Of a DNA stretch of 64,000 nt, positions 1 through 9,153 are shown piece by piece. The notes beneath the pieces were generated by a model. It was not told the DNA's origin. It saw only the letters and a list, made by a program, of their open reading frames with translations, and searched no databases. Origin of the DNA: Bilifractor sp. Lineage in GTDB: Bacteria; Bacillota; Clostridia; Lachnospirales; Lachnospiraceae. The stretch spans positions 496-64,495 of the forward strand of contig JBMNRP010000013.1 of the NCBI GenBank assembly GCA_050944685.1, given 5' to 3'. How positions within the stretch are numbered: position 1 is the first letter of the stretch; every line of letters starts with the position of its first letter. Position numbers and translations under genes: made by a program.

Positions 1-387
1 GCGGCAGAGAGCCGCTTCTTCCAGTTCGGGTTCCCCGATGGTCGTGAGCACCATGGGAATTCTGAGAGCAGAGAGCTTTTTCAGGGTTCCGGCCACTCCT
101 TCCTTCAGCGGAACCTCTTCGCGGTAAAAGCGGGCAAACAGGTTCATCAGGCCGGCGCGGATCTCTGATGGTTTCTGAGGAAGGTGATAGTGGGATTTCA
201 GATATCCGACTCCCTCTTCGATGGTCATCGGGTACAGGATTTTTCCCAGATCCGCCTCCGGCGTCACGCCGATGGAGATGAGATATCGTGCCCCCAGATC
301 GTCCCAGACCGGCATTGAGTCGATCAGAGTTCCGTCAATATCAAACAGAACGGCTTTCGTGCGGCTCAGCAGTTCTCTCGCGTTCAT
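1..387 (-). CDS. HAD-superfamily hydrolase (partial; C-terminus lies beyond the left edge)
   Basis: Reverse-strand reading frame runs off the window. The N-terminus MNARELLSRTKAVLFDIDGTLIDS carries HAD motif I (DxDGT). Its ATG (385-387) overlaps the thiE stop (384-386) as ATGA, so it is the third gene of a thiM-thiE-HAD operon. Confidence 0.8.
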   Translation of the reverse strand, partial: MNARELLSRTKAVLFDIDGTLIDSMPVWDDLGARYLISIGVTPEADLGKILYPMTIEEGVGYLKSHYHLPQKPSEIRAGLMNLFARFYREEVPLKEGVAGTLKKLSALRIPMVLTTIGEPELEEAALCR

Positions 388-1037
388 TTCAGCCCCAGCG
401 CTTTCTTTGTCTGGGATTTCAGGTCAGCGGCGGCTGCCTTCCGGTCGGGTCTGGCGAAGATCGCGGAGATGACGGAGATGCCCGCGATGCCGCTTCCGGC
501 GAGTTCGAGGACATTGTCCCGGGTGATGCCGCCGATGGCGACGACCGGGATTTGGACCGCCCCGCAGATCGCCTTCAGCATCTCGTGGCTGACCTCATCC
601 GCATCATCCTTCGATCCGGTGGGGAAAACCGCTCCGACGCCCAGATAGTCCGCGCCTGCTTTTTCCGCGAGAAGAGCCTCCTCGACGGTCTGGGCGGAGA
701 CGCCGAGAATTTTGTCCGGTCCGAGCATTTTGCGGACCGAACCGGCCTCCAGATCGTGCTGCCCCACGTGAACTCCGTCCGCGTCGCATTCCACGGCGAG
801 GCTGACATCGTCGTCCAGCACAAAGGGAACATTGTACTGGCGGCAGAGTGCCTGGATTTCCTTCGTCTCGGCATAAAAATCATCGTGGGAAAGTGCCATA
901 TCGTCTTTTTCCCGGAGCTGGACGAACGTCACGCCGCCGTCCAGCGCCTCTTTTACATCGTCATAAAGTCTTCTTCCGTTCAGCCAGTGGCGGTCCGTCA
1001 CGGCGTAGAGAAGAAGAGAAGAGGGATCCAGTTTCAT
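384..1037 (-). CDS. thiE: thiamine-phosphate synthase
   Basis: 217-aa ORF with the ThiE/TMP-TENI pattern (LYAVTDR, VQLREK, ADGVHVGQHD, ILGVSA, ADYLGVGAVFPTGSK, VVAIGGI). GGAG sits upstream of the ATG. Adjacent to thiM. Confidence 0.92.
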   Translation of the reverse strand: MKLDPSSLLLYAVTDRHWLNGRRLYDDVKEALDGGVTFVQLREKDDMALSHDDFYAETKEIQALCRQYNVPFVLDDDVSLAVECDADGVHVGQHDLEAGSVRKMLGPDKILGVSAQTVEEALLAEKAGADYLGVGAVFPTGSKDDADEVSHEMLKAICGAVQIPVVAIGGITRDNVLELAGSGIAGISVISAIFARPDRKAAAADLKSQTKKALGLK

Positions 1038-1091
1038 GATTCATTCTCCATTCCGATCATATCTTTCTGTACTTCCTGTGCAGCGGCAGGT

Positions 1092-1919
1092 TTACCGGAT
1101 TTCGTATCTGGCTCCGCCCTCGAGCGTTTCTTCGTCGATATGGCAGATGGCATCAATGATCCGGTTCCGATAGGTGCTGTTTCCGTCTCCGTCCTGCATG
1201 CGTTCCCAGCCGGTTTCGCCCGCAAATCCCATGAGACAGACGGAAGCGGCGGCAGCCTCCAGCTTCCGGTCCGGGTTCGCCGCGATATAGGCGGTCATTA
1301 TTCCGGAGAGCTGACAACCGGTTCCGGTGATCCGTCCCATCTCCGGACGGCCGTTGCGGATGACGAAGCAGCGCTCTGCGTCCGCCACCAGATCAATGGC
1401 ACCGGTGATCGCGATGATGCTTCCGGCGGTTTTTGCGTACTGCTTTGTGAAGGCGACCATGGAATCCAGGTTATCGTCGCTGACGGCGTCCGCTGCGTCG
1501 GCGTCGACCCCCTTCGTCGTAGTGCTGCCGAGGGCGAGGGCCTTCAGCTCGGAGACATTGCCGCGGATGACATCGAAGGGAAGCTCCTCCATCAGGCTCA
1601 CAGCGGTATCGGTGCGCAGACGGCTGGCACCCGCCCCGACGGGGTCCAGAAGCAGTGTGTGATGCAGAGCGGCGGCTTTTTTTCCCGCGACATGCATCGC
1701 CTCGATTGAGCGGCGGTTCAGTGTTCCGATGTTGATATCCAGTCCGTTGCAGATCGAAGTAATATCCCCGACATCCTCCGGCTCGTCGGACATAATCGGG
1801 CTTCCTCCGCAGGCCAGAAGCGCATTTGCCACATCATTGACCGTCACATAGTTCGTGATGCAGTGAATAAGCGGCGTCGTCTTTCTGACGTTTTCCATAC
1901 ATTCCGCAAACATTTTCAT
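1092..1919 (-). CDS. thiM: hydroxyethylthiazole kinase
   Basis: 275-aa ORF with ThiM hallmarks (LIHCITNYVTVNDVANALLACGGSPIM). AGGAGG lies 1 nt from ATG 1919 but 7 nt from the in-frame ATG at 1913, so 1913 is the more likely start. Confidence 0.92.
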   Translation of the reverse strand: MKMFAECMENVRKTTPLIHCITNYVTVNDVANALLACGGSPIMSDEPEDVGDITSICNGLDINIGTLNRRSIEAMHVAGKKAAALHHTLLLDPVGAGASRLRTDTAVSLMEELPFDVIRGNVSELKALALGSTTTKGVDADAADAVSDDNLDSMVAFTKQYAKTAGSIIAITGAIDLVADAERCFVIRNGRPEMGRITGTGCQLSGIMTAYIAANPDRKLEAAAASVCLMGFAGETGWERMQDGDGNSTYRNRIIDAICHIDEETLEGGARYEIR

Positions 1920-1924
1920 TCCTC

Positions 1925-2040
1925 CTTTTCCATCTCCCGTTTCACCGCCGGTTCCGGTGCTGATTCAGGACGATAAAAGCATATGTCAGATCCTTTTTAT
2001 CATAGTGAATTGCTGCCGGAAAGGCAAGCTCTCCCGCCGG
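1925..2040 (-). ncRNA. candidate (atypical) TPP riboswitch / thiM leader
   Basis: The position upstream of thiM-thiE is where a THI-box is expected. The minus strand shows partial similarity to the 3' half (UAUCGUCCUGAAUCAG...CGGCGGUGAAACGGGAG). The conserved CUGAGA reads CUGACA and I could not find P2. Low confidence. Confidence 0.3.
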
Positions 2041-2151
2041 CGGAAACGGCGGTTCCTGTGCCGGTCATGCCCGGAAAAGTTCTGGCATTCATCGAAGACA
2101 GACGAAAAAAAGAAAGGCGAAAACGAAATGAAGTAAAAAAATGAAAACTTA

Positions 2152-2160
2152 TGGTATACT
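2152..2160 (+). promoter_or_regulatory. extended -10 promoter element (TGgTATACT) for the esterase gene
   Basis: TGGTATACT lies 91 nt upstream of ATG 2251. It is followed by the hairpin CGGACAG-agatt-CTGTCCG in the predicted 5' UTR. No good -35. Confidence 0.35.
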
Positions 2161-2250
2161 ACCCTCGGACAGAGATTCCTGTCCGGGGCCGCTTTTTTCC
2201 GTGCACCCCGGATAATAATAAATCAGAAGAAACCGGAAGGAGGGCGAGAA

Positions 2251-3315
2251 ATGGAAGTAAAAAACTGGAGCTACGAAGATTTTCCCGAGTGGACGGATCT
2301 GCCTGAGAAAAGCGACCGTCTGGAAACGACCGGGGATGAGCCGGGAACGTATTATGTGCCGGACGTCGAGTATGCCGTCGTGGACGGCATTCCGCTGCAC
2401 CTGCAGATTCTGATGCCGCTCTCCCGGAATCACCCGGCGGACCCTCATCCCTGCGTCGTATACGTCCAGGGATCCGGCTGGATGGAGCAGGACTGCTATC
2501 ACAACGTCGGCCGGATCGCACATCTGGCCGAGCGGGGCTATGTGGTCGTCATCGTCCAGTACCGTCATTCCGGCCAGGCGGGATTTCCGGCGCAGATTCA
2601 GGACGCGCGGAACGCCGTCCGGTTCATGCGCGTTCACGCGAAAGAGTATTATGTGAATCCGGATCGTATCTTCCTTGCGGGGTCCTCGTCCGGAGGACAC
2701 ACTGCGGTGTTCGCTGCACTCGCCGGACCGGATGACTGCACGGAAGAAGGACTGGTTTTCCCGGATTCCGATTTTCGGCTGGACGAAAAATACTACAGCT
2801 ATCCGGAGGATGCTTTCGGAAATGAGGGCCGGAATGAAGAAAAAAGAGTCTGTTTTGACCGGAATCTCTATCCGGGCGTGAGTGCGGGTGTTCTCGGCGT
2901 GATCGATCTGTACGGCTGCGTGTCGGTTCGGTTTGAGGACGATTTTCCGACGCTGACTCCGCGCGGAGCGGAGGGCGGTATGGATACCAGTTTTCTCTCG
3001 CACATTCCGGAAGAAGAGCGGCGGGGAATCGAGCGCCGCGCGTCCGCGGTCTGCTGGATCACGAAAGAGACCGATATGGTTCCGGTTTTCATCATTCACG
3101 GGACGAAAGACCGCATTGTGAATACCCGCCAGAGCGCGGAGCTTTATCAGGCTCTCCGGGCGTCCGGGAACGAGTGCGAGTTTCATCTGCTGGGAGGCGC
3201 GGATCACGGCGGCCCCGAGTTCTGGATGCCCGGCGTCGTAGAACTTGAGGACCGTTTTTTGAGAAAAGTACTGGCGCATTCCGCCTCTTATTCCAGCTCG
3301 AAAGCTCCGGTGTAA
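2251..3315 (+). CDS. alpha/beta-hydrolase fold esterase/lipase
   Basis: 354-aa ORF with GGAGGG 6 nt upstream. Oxyanion region VVYVQGSGW, nucleophile elbow GSSSGGH, and a C-terminal HG..D/ADHG region typical of Abhydrolase_3/BD-FAE-type esterases. Confidence 0.8.
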   Translation: MEVKNWSYEDFPEWTDLPEKSDRLETTGDEPGTYYVPDVEYAVVDGIPLHLQILMPLSRNHPADPHPCVVYVQGSGWMEQDCYHNVGRIAHLAERGYVVVIVQYRHSGQAGFPAQIQDARNAVRFMRVHAKEYYVNPDRIFLAGSSSGGHTAVFAALAGPDDCTEEGLVFPDSDFRLDEKYYSYPEDAFGNEGRNEEKRVCFDRNLYPGVSAGVLGVIDLYGCVSVRFEDDFPTLTPRGAEGGMDTSFLSHIPEEERRGIERRASAVCWITKETDMVPVFIIHGTKDRIVNTRQSAELYQALRASGNECEFHLLGGADHGGPEFWMPGVVELEDRFLRKVLAHSASYSSSKAPV

Positions 3316-5270
3316 AGCTGGTAATAGGTTCCGTGCTGGGCCAGGAGATCCTCGTGACTTCCCCGCTCGATAATGTGGCCGTGATCCAGAACCATGATGG
3401 CGTCGCTGTCGCGAACGGTGGAGAGGCGATGGGCGATGACAAAGACGGTGCGTCCCTTCATCAGATTGTCCATGCCCTTCTGCACGAGAGATTCCGTGCG
3501 GGTGTCGATCGAGGAGGTGGCCTCATCGAGTATCATGACCGGAGGGTCGGCAACGGCTGCCCGCGCGATGGAAATCAGCTGGCGCTGTCCCTGCGAGAGC
3601 TGGGCCCCGTTTCCGGTGAGCTCTGTCTGGTAACCGTCGGGCAGACGGCGGATAAAGCCGTCCGCGTTCGCCAGCTTTGCGGCCGCAATACATTCCTCGT
3701 CCGTGGCGTCGAGCCGCCCGTAGCGGATATTGTCCATCACGGTTCCCGTAAACAGGTTTACGTCCTGCAGAACCATTCCGAGGGAGCGGCGCAGGTCCGG
3801 CTTTCTGATCTTCGTGATATTGATTCCGTCGTAACGGATTTTTCCGTCCGGGATGTCATAGAAGCGGTTCAGGAGATTGGTGATCGTCGTCTTTCCGGCA
3901 CCTGTGGCGCCGACAAAAGCGATCTTCTGTCCGGGCTTTGCGTACAGAGAGATATCGTGCAGAACCTCTTTATCCTCCGTGTATCCGAAGTCCACGTGCT
4001 CCATCTGGACGTCGCCCTTCAGTTCCACGTAAGTTGTGGTATTATCCGCTTTATGATAATGCTTCCAGGCCCAGAGACCTGTCTTTTTTTCGGATTCGTG
4101 AATGGTTCCGTCCGCATTTTTTACCGCGTTGACGAGCATTACGTACCCGTGATCTTCTTCCGGCTTTTCGTCCATCAGAGCGAAGATCCGCTCCGCGCCG
4201 GCCAGCCCCATGGTAATCATGGACAGCTGTATGGAGACCTGTGCGAGTGTCTGCGAGAGACCGCGCGACATGGTCAGAAACGAAACAATGATGCCGATCG
4301 TGATGATATCCGCTTTTCCGGCGCCCAGCGTGCGGAGAGAGAAGTTCGGCGCGTGCGCGAGAACCAGCGCGCCGCCGACAAAGGCGACCAGCACATACAT
4401 GATATTGCCCATATTTCCCAGAATGGGCATCAGAATGTTTCCGGCCTTGTTTGCCTCATTGCTGTCCTCGAAGAGCTGGTTGTTCAGGCTGCGGAAATCT
4501 GCCTTGCTCTCATCCTCGTGACAGAAGACTTTGATTACCTTCTGCCCCTGGATCATTTCTTCAATGAAGCCTTCCTCATTCGCCAGAGCGGTCTGCTGCC
4601 GTATCATATAATGCGCGCTGCGTCCGCCGATTTTCTGCGTCACTATCATCTCAAGTCCCAGCATGGCAAATACGGTGAGGGTGAGCCAGAAGCTGTAGGA
4701 CAGCATCATGATGACGGTTGAGATAACGGACAGCAGTGCCGTGATCAGCTGAGGAATACTCTGCCCGATCAGCTGGCGCAGAGTGTCCGTGTCGTTCGTA
4801 TACGTACTCATGACAGCGCCGTGCGGGTGCGTGTCAAAATAGCGCAGGGGCAGATTTTCCATGCGGTCAAACATCGTATCCCGCACATTCTTCAGCGTAC
4901 CCTGGGTGACAGTCGCCAGAATTCTCGCATAGACCAGCGAGGATATCACGGATGTCAGATAAACCGCGGCCATGGATACCATGATCCGGACGAATTTTCC
5001 GGAAACCGCGGCGAGTCCTTTTGCGATGCCGGGCGTGATAACCTGGTCGATCAGGCGCTGCAGAAACATGGCAGCGATCGCCGCGGAGATCGAACTCAGG
5101 ATAATGCAGATCACGACGACAATCAATCTGATTTTATACATGGAAAACAGAAGACGCAAGAGGCGGCCGAAGGTGCCTTTTTTCACTCCGGTCTGGTTTC
5201 TCCGGAAACCCGGGGCGGGTTCTCCGTTTTTTCCGGGATGTCCTCCTCTCATTGGTCCTGGTCCGGGCAT
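3288..5270 (-). CDS. ABC exporter, fused permease/ATPase (canonical Walker B, degenerate signature)
   Basis: 660 aa with a 6-TM exporter domain plus NBD. Walker A GATGAGKTT, signature LSQGQRQ (degenerate versus LSGGQ), Walker B MILDEATS with catalytic Glu. AGGAGG sits 8 nt upstream, and the ATG directly abuts the upstream stop. Confidence 0.9.
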   Translation of the reverse strand: MPGPGPMRGGHPGKNGEPAPGFRRNQTGVKKGTFGRLLRLLFSMYKIRLIVVVICIILSSISAAIAAMFLQRLIDQVITPGIAKGLAAVSGKFVRIMVSMAAVYLTSVISSLVYARILATVTQGTLKNVRDTMFDRMENLPLRYFDTHPHGAVMSTYTNDTDTLRQLIGQSIPQLITALLSVISTVIMMLSYSFWLTLTVFAMLGLEMIVTQKIGGRSAHYMIRQQTALANEEGFIEEMIQGQKVIKVFCHEDESKADFRSLNNQLFEDSNEANKAGNILMPILGNMGNIMYVLVAFVGGALVLAHAPNFSLRTLGAGKADIITIGIIVSFLTMSRGLSQTLAQVSIQLSMITMGLAGAERIFALMDEKPEEDHGYVMLVNAVKNADGTIHESEKKTGLWAWKHYHKADNTTTYVELKGDVQMEHVDFGYTEDKEVLHDISLYAKPGQKIAFVGATGAGKTTITNLLNRFYDIPDGKIRYDGINITKIRKPDLRRSLGMVLQDVNLFTGTVMDNIRYGRLDATDEECIAAAKLANADGFIRRLPDGYQTELTGNGAQLSQGQRQLISIARAAVADPPVMILDEATSSIDTRTESLVQKGMDNLMKGRTVFVIAHRLSTVRDSDAIMVLDHGHIIERGSHEDLLAQHGTYYQLYTGAFELE

Positions 5271-7022
5271 TTATTCCGCCTCCTTTCCATTTACCTGCGA
5301 GTCGTAAATCTCTCGGTAGATTCCTCCCAGCGCAAGAAGCTCCGCACTGGTTCCCTGCTCGACGATTTTTCCGTCCTCCATGACCAGAATGAGATCCGCG
5401 TCTTCGACGGAGGAAACTCTCTGGGCAATGGTGATTTTCGTGGTATCCGGAATTTCTTCCCGCATGGCTTTCCGGATCAGGGCGTCGGTGTGGGTGTCGA
5501 CCGCCGAGGTCGAATCATCCATGATAAGAATCTTCGGTTTTTTCAAAAGGGCCCGCGCGATACAGAGCCGCTGTTTCTGTCCGCCGGAGACGTTCGTCCC
5601 TCCCTGGGAGATCATCGTATCGTATCCCCGCGGGAACTGGTCGATGAATTCATCCGCGCAGGCCAGATGACAGGCGTGACGTATCTCATCGTCGGTCGCC
5701 TCTTTATCGCCCCACAGGAGATTTTCCCGGATGGTCCCGGAGAAGACGACGTTTTTCTGCAGAACCACCGCCACGGCATTGCGCAGCGACTCCAGGTCGT
5801 ACTCCCGGACGTCCGTGCCTCCGACCCGGATCGCCCCTTCCGTCACATCATAGAGACGCGGAATCAACTGGATCAGGGTGCTCTTTGATGATCCGGTTCC
5901 GCCGATAATGCCGACGGTCATGCCGGACCGGATGTTCAGATTGATATCAGAAAGAGCGTTCCGTCCGCTTCCCTCACGGTAACAGAAAGAAACGTGATCG
6001 AATACGATGCTTCCGTCGGGGACTTCTTTCTTTCCGTTTTCAGGCGAAGTCAGGGAGCTCTGGTGGCTGAGTACCTCCGAGATCCGGTTACCGGATTCCT
6101 GAGCCATAGTGATCATAACGAAGACCATGGATACCATCATCAGGGACGCCAGAATCTGAACGCCGTAATTTGTGAGACTCGAAAGTTCTCCGGTAGTCAT
6201 CTCGGAACCACGGGTGCGGATGATGATCTGTGCCCCGAACACACATACCAGGCAGAGCACCAGATAGATGCAGAACATCATGACCGGCTGCAGAAGAGCC
6301 ATGATCTTTTCGGCCTTCGTAAAATCGGACCGCACGTTTTCGGAGGCGCGGTAAAATTTTTCTTTCTCGTAATCCTCGCGCACGAATGCCTTTACCACAC
6401 GGATGCCGGAGACATTTTCCTCCACCGACGCGTTCATTTTGTCGTACTTCCTGAAGATGCGGCGGAAAAAAGGAATAACCTTCCGCATGATCAGAAAAAT
6501 GACCAGTGCCAGTACCGGGATCATTAAAAGGAAAATCAGGGATATTCTTACGCTGATGGTCATACACATGATCAGTGCGAAAATCAGCATCAGAGGCGCG
6601 CGGAACGCGACGCGGATCATCATCTGGAAGGCGTTCTGTACGTTTGTGACATCGGTGGTCATCCGCGTGATTAGGGACGACGTGGAGAAGCGGTCGATAT
6701 CCTGGAAAGAGAAGTCCTGGATTTTGTAATACATATCCTGACGGAGGTTTTTTGCGAAGCCTGTCGAGGCGGTCGCCGCCAGCTTCGCCGACTGCTGTCC
6801 GCAGAAAAGCGAGCACGTCGCCAGGATCAGAAGAATCACCCCGTAATGGATGATCGGATCCATCGAGGTCCCGGTCATCCGGTCAATCATTCTGGCCATG
6901 ACGAGGGGGATCGCCGTCTCCAGTGCCGCCTCACCGGCGATAAATACCGGCGCCAGAACGGCGTCTTTCTTATATTCGCGGACACATCCGCCGAGTGTCT
7001 TAAACATTTCTTTGATATTCAT
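5271..7022 (-). CDS. ABC exporter, fused permease/ATPase (degenerate Walker B subunit)
   Basis: Start taken at MNIKEMF (ATG 7022, GGAG upstream). Walker A GGTGSSKST, signature VSGGQKQR, Walker B ILIMDDSTS (Asp where the catalytic Glu normally sits). Partner of 3288-5270. Confidence 0.9.
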   Translation of the reverse strand: MNIKEMFKTLGGCVREYKKDAVLAPVFIAGEAALETAIPLVMARMIDRMTGTSMDPIIHYGVILLILATCSLFCGQQSAKLAATASTGFAKNLRQDMYYKIQDFSFQDIDRFSTSSLITRMTTDVTNVQNAFQMMIRVAFRAPLMLIFALIMCMTISVRISLIFLLMIPVLALVIFLIMRKVIPFFRRIFRKYDKMNASVEENVSGIRVVKAFVREDYEKEKFYRASENVRSDFTKAEKIMALLQPVMMFCIYLVLCLVCVFGAQIIIRTRGSEMTTGELSSLTNYGVQILASLMMVSMVFVMITMAQESGNRISEVLSHQSSLTSPENGKKEVPDGSIVFDHVSFCYREGSGRNALSDINLNIRSGMTVGIIGGTGSSKSTLIQLIPRLYDVTEGAIRVGGTDVREYDLESLRNAVAVVLQKNVVFSGTIRENLLWGDKEATDDEIRHACHLACADEFIDQFPRGYDTMISQGGTNVSGGQKQRLCIARALLKKPKILIMDDSTSAVDTHTDALIRKAMREEIPDTTKITIAQRVSSVEDADLILVMEDGKIVEQGTSAELLALGGIYREIYDSQVNGKEAE

Positions 7023-7070
7023 AATCACTCCTGTCCGGCAAAAATGGATATTGTTCAATCCGGAGGTGTC

Positions 7071-7100
7071 ATTATACCACGAAAGTGTAAGAGATTGAAA
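7071..7100 (-). promoter_or_regulatory. promoter of the ABC exporter operon (TTTCAA-18-TGgTATAAT)
   Basis: Minus strand reads TTTCAA, 18 nt, TGGTATAAT, about 45 nt upstream of ATG 7022. Confidence 0.4.
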
Positions 7101-7141
7101 TGAGGAGAGAAATTTTCTGTAATATTCACACAGGAAAAGCC

Positions 7142-7188
7142 GAAAAAATGCCGGGGCGGCGGCGCTTTCTGGCGCGGCAGCCCCGGGC
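7142..7188 (-). terminator. intrinsic terminator after fprA
   Basis: Minus strand: GC-rich stem GCCCGGGGCTGCCGCGC / GCGCCGCCGCCCCGGC (two mismatches), then ATTTTTT, 26 nt after the fprA stop. Confidence 0.6.
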
Positions 7189-7213
7189 ATGCATTGCTTC
7201 TGACGCAGCTTTT

Positions 7214-8371
7214 TTACTTCGTGAGCTCGTCTGCCATGGCGGCGATCTGAGATTTGACTTCGTCGTTCATCGCGGATTTAATGGTGACAGAATTCCCGAG
7301 ATACGTGATGTCCCTGCTCTTCTCGAGAAGGCCGGAGATGATGCGCTTCGCAGCGGGCGCCCAGGATCCGTTTTCGATGATGCCGACGGTGCGCTTCTGG
7401 AAATTGCGGGCGGTCAGATGCTCGATAAATTCGCGCATGAACGGGAAAATGTCGGCGTTGTAGGTAGTGGTCGCGAGAACGATGCGGTCAAAACGGAACG
7501 CATTTCCGACTGCTTCCGCCATGTCACAGCGAGCCAGATCCATGACGACGACGTTCTTTTCGCCGCGCGCCTTCAGATCCGCTTCAAGCATCTCTGCCGC
7601 CGTTTTCGTGTGTCCGTAGACGGTGGTGAACGCGATCAGGACTCCCTTCTCTTCCGGTGTATAAGTGGTCCACTTATTGTAGAGATCCAGGTAATGCCCG
7701 AGATTATCTTTCAGAACCGGACCGTGCAGAGAGCAGATCGTCTGAATGTCGAGCCCGGATGCAGCCTGCAGCAGTTTCTGAGACTGCGCACCGTATTTTC
7801 CGACGATACCGATGTAATAGCGGCGGGCCTCGTCATCCCAGGGCTCATCCACGTCATTGGCGCCAAATTTTCCGAAAGCGTCGGCGGAGAAGAGCACCTT
7901 GTCCGTGCTGTCGTAGGTAACCATGACTTCCGGCCAGTGAACCATCGGGGCGAAAATGAAGGTCAGCTGATGTTTTCCGAGGGAGAGCGTATCCCTGTTT
8001 TTTACGACATGGCGTTCGGTCGACGAAGGAATGTTATAGAACTGATCCATCATCCCGAAGCATTTGGCATTGGCCACCAGAGTGATGTCCGGGAATGTCT
8101 CAAGCAAAAGGCTGATGTTCGCCGAATGGTCCGGCTCCATGTGCTGAACGACCAGATAATCCGGCTTCCGGTCTCCCAGTTCTTTTTTCATGTTGGAGAT
8201 CCACTCGTTGCCGAAGTGTGTTTCCACCGTATCCATGACTGCGATTTTCTCATCCATTATCAGATAAGAATTGTATGCCATGCCATTCGGGACCTTGTAC
8301 TGTCCCTCGAACAGGTCGATCTCGTGATCGTTTACGCCGATATACCGGATGTCTTTTGTGATTTCAATCAT
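7214..8371 (-). CDS. fprA: flavodiiron protein (A-type flavoprotein, O2/NO reductase)
   Basis: Start at MIEITKD (ATG 8371, AAGGAGAAAAAA upstream). Metallo-beta-lactamase-like di-iron domain (VVQHMEPDHSANI) fused to a C-terminal flavodoxin-like domain. Next to dfx. Confidence 0.9.
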   Translation of the reverse strand: MIEITKDIRYIGVNDHEIDLFEGQYKVPNGMAYNSYLIMDEKIAVMDTVETHFGNEWISNMKKELGDRKPDYLVVQHMEPDHSANISLLLETFPDITLVANAKCFGMMDQFYNIPSSTERHVVKNRDTLSLGKHQLTFIFAPMVHWPEVMVTYDSTDKVLFSADAFGKFGANDVDEPWDDEARRYYIGIVGKYGAQSQKLLQAASGLDIQTICSLHGPVLKDNLGHYLDLYNKWTTYTPEEKGVLIAFTTVYGHTKTAAEMLEADLKARGEKNVVVMDLARCDMAEAVGNAFRFDRIVLATTTYNADIFPFMREFIEHLTARNFQKRTVGIIENGSWAPAAKRIISGLLEKSRDITYLGNSVTIKSAMNDEVKSQIAAMADELTK

Positions 8372-8660
8372 TTTTTTCTCCTTGCGTCCGAAATGTCCCC
8401 GACTGTTAGACAATTTGAAAATTTTGTATATTGTGCGAACCTTGTCTGCGAAATCATTGTAACCCATCGGAGATAATTTTTCTACCCTGATTCCGCGGCC
8501 CTGCCCGAAAAGAGAATTTTCCCTTTTCTGGACATAGCAATACCCCCAGGTAGTTTTCATATTTCTATGTCCTACTTGGGGGTAGCATATCAAAATCGAT
8601 CCGAAGCCGTTTCTGCCGGATTTTCTGGTCCGGTCTTTATCTGGTATTTTTCATCCGTTT

Positions 8661-9038
8661 TCAGATGTCTGCTTTCCACAGGCCGTGGAGATTGCAGTAT
8701 GCGTAGGCGGCGACGGCTTTTTCACCTGCCGCGAGGGCGAATGCTGCTTCCGGTGCGTCGCCCGGTTTCAGGTCCTTCTTCTGGAAGCCGTCGGAGGTTT
8801 CCAGAACGATAAACTCGATGTAATGTTCGTCGGTCATCGGATGGGCGGCGGAGCCGACAGCTACTTTTACGCTGCCTTCTTTCACGGTCACGACGGGAAC
8901 GTGTTTCTCAACGGCGGCATCCGTGGTGTTCGGGACGACTTCCGTCATCGGATCTCCGCAGCATTTCGGCGTACATGCCTTCTTCGGTGTCACAAAAACG
9001 ACGAAATTTCCGCACTTCTCACATCTGTAAAATTCCAT
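8661..9038 (-). CDS. dfx: desulfoferrodoxin (2Fe superoxide reductase)
   Basis: 125 aa from MEFYRCEKCGN (ATG 9038, GGGAGG upstream). N-terminal desulforedoxin CxxC...CC motif (CEKCGN...PKCCG). C-terminal SOR domain (EKHVPV, HPM..EHYIE, AYCNLHGLW). Confidence 0.9.
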   Translation of the reverse strand: MEFYRCEKCGNFVVFVTPKKACTPKCCGDPMTEVVPNTTDAAVEKHVPVVTVKEGSVKVAVGSAAHPMTDEHYIEFIVLETSDGFQKKDLKPGDAPEAAFALAAGEKAVAAYAYCNLHGLWKADI

Positions 9039-9153
9039 GATTTTGTCCTCCCTTGGTTGAAAAAAACCGTGCTGTGTCCTGTCAGCCTGCCGGGCGCAGG
9101 GCGCGATCGGCTGATCAAAACGATCGGAAAAAGTCCCGTGACCTTCCGGCGTT

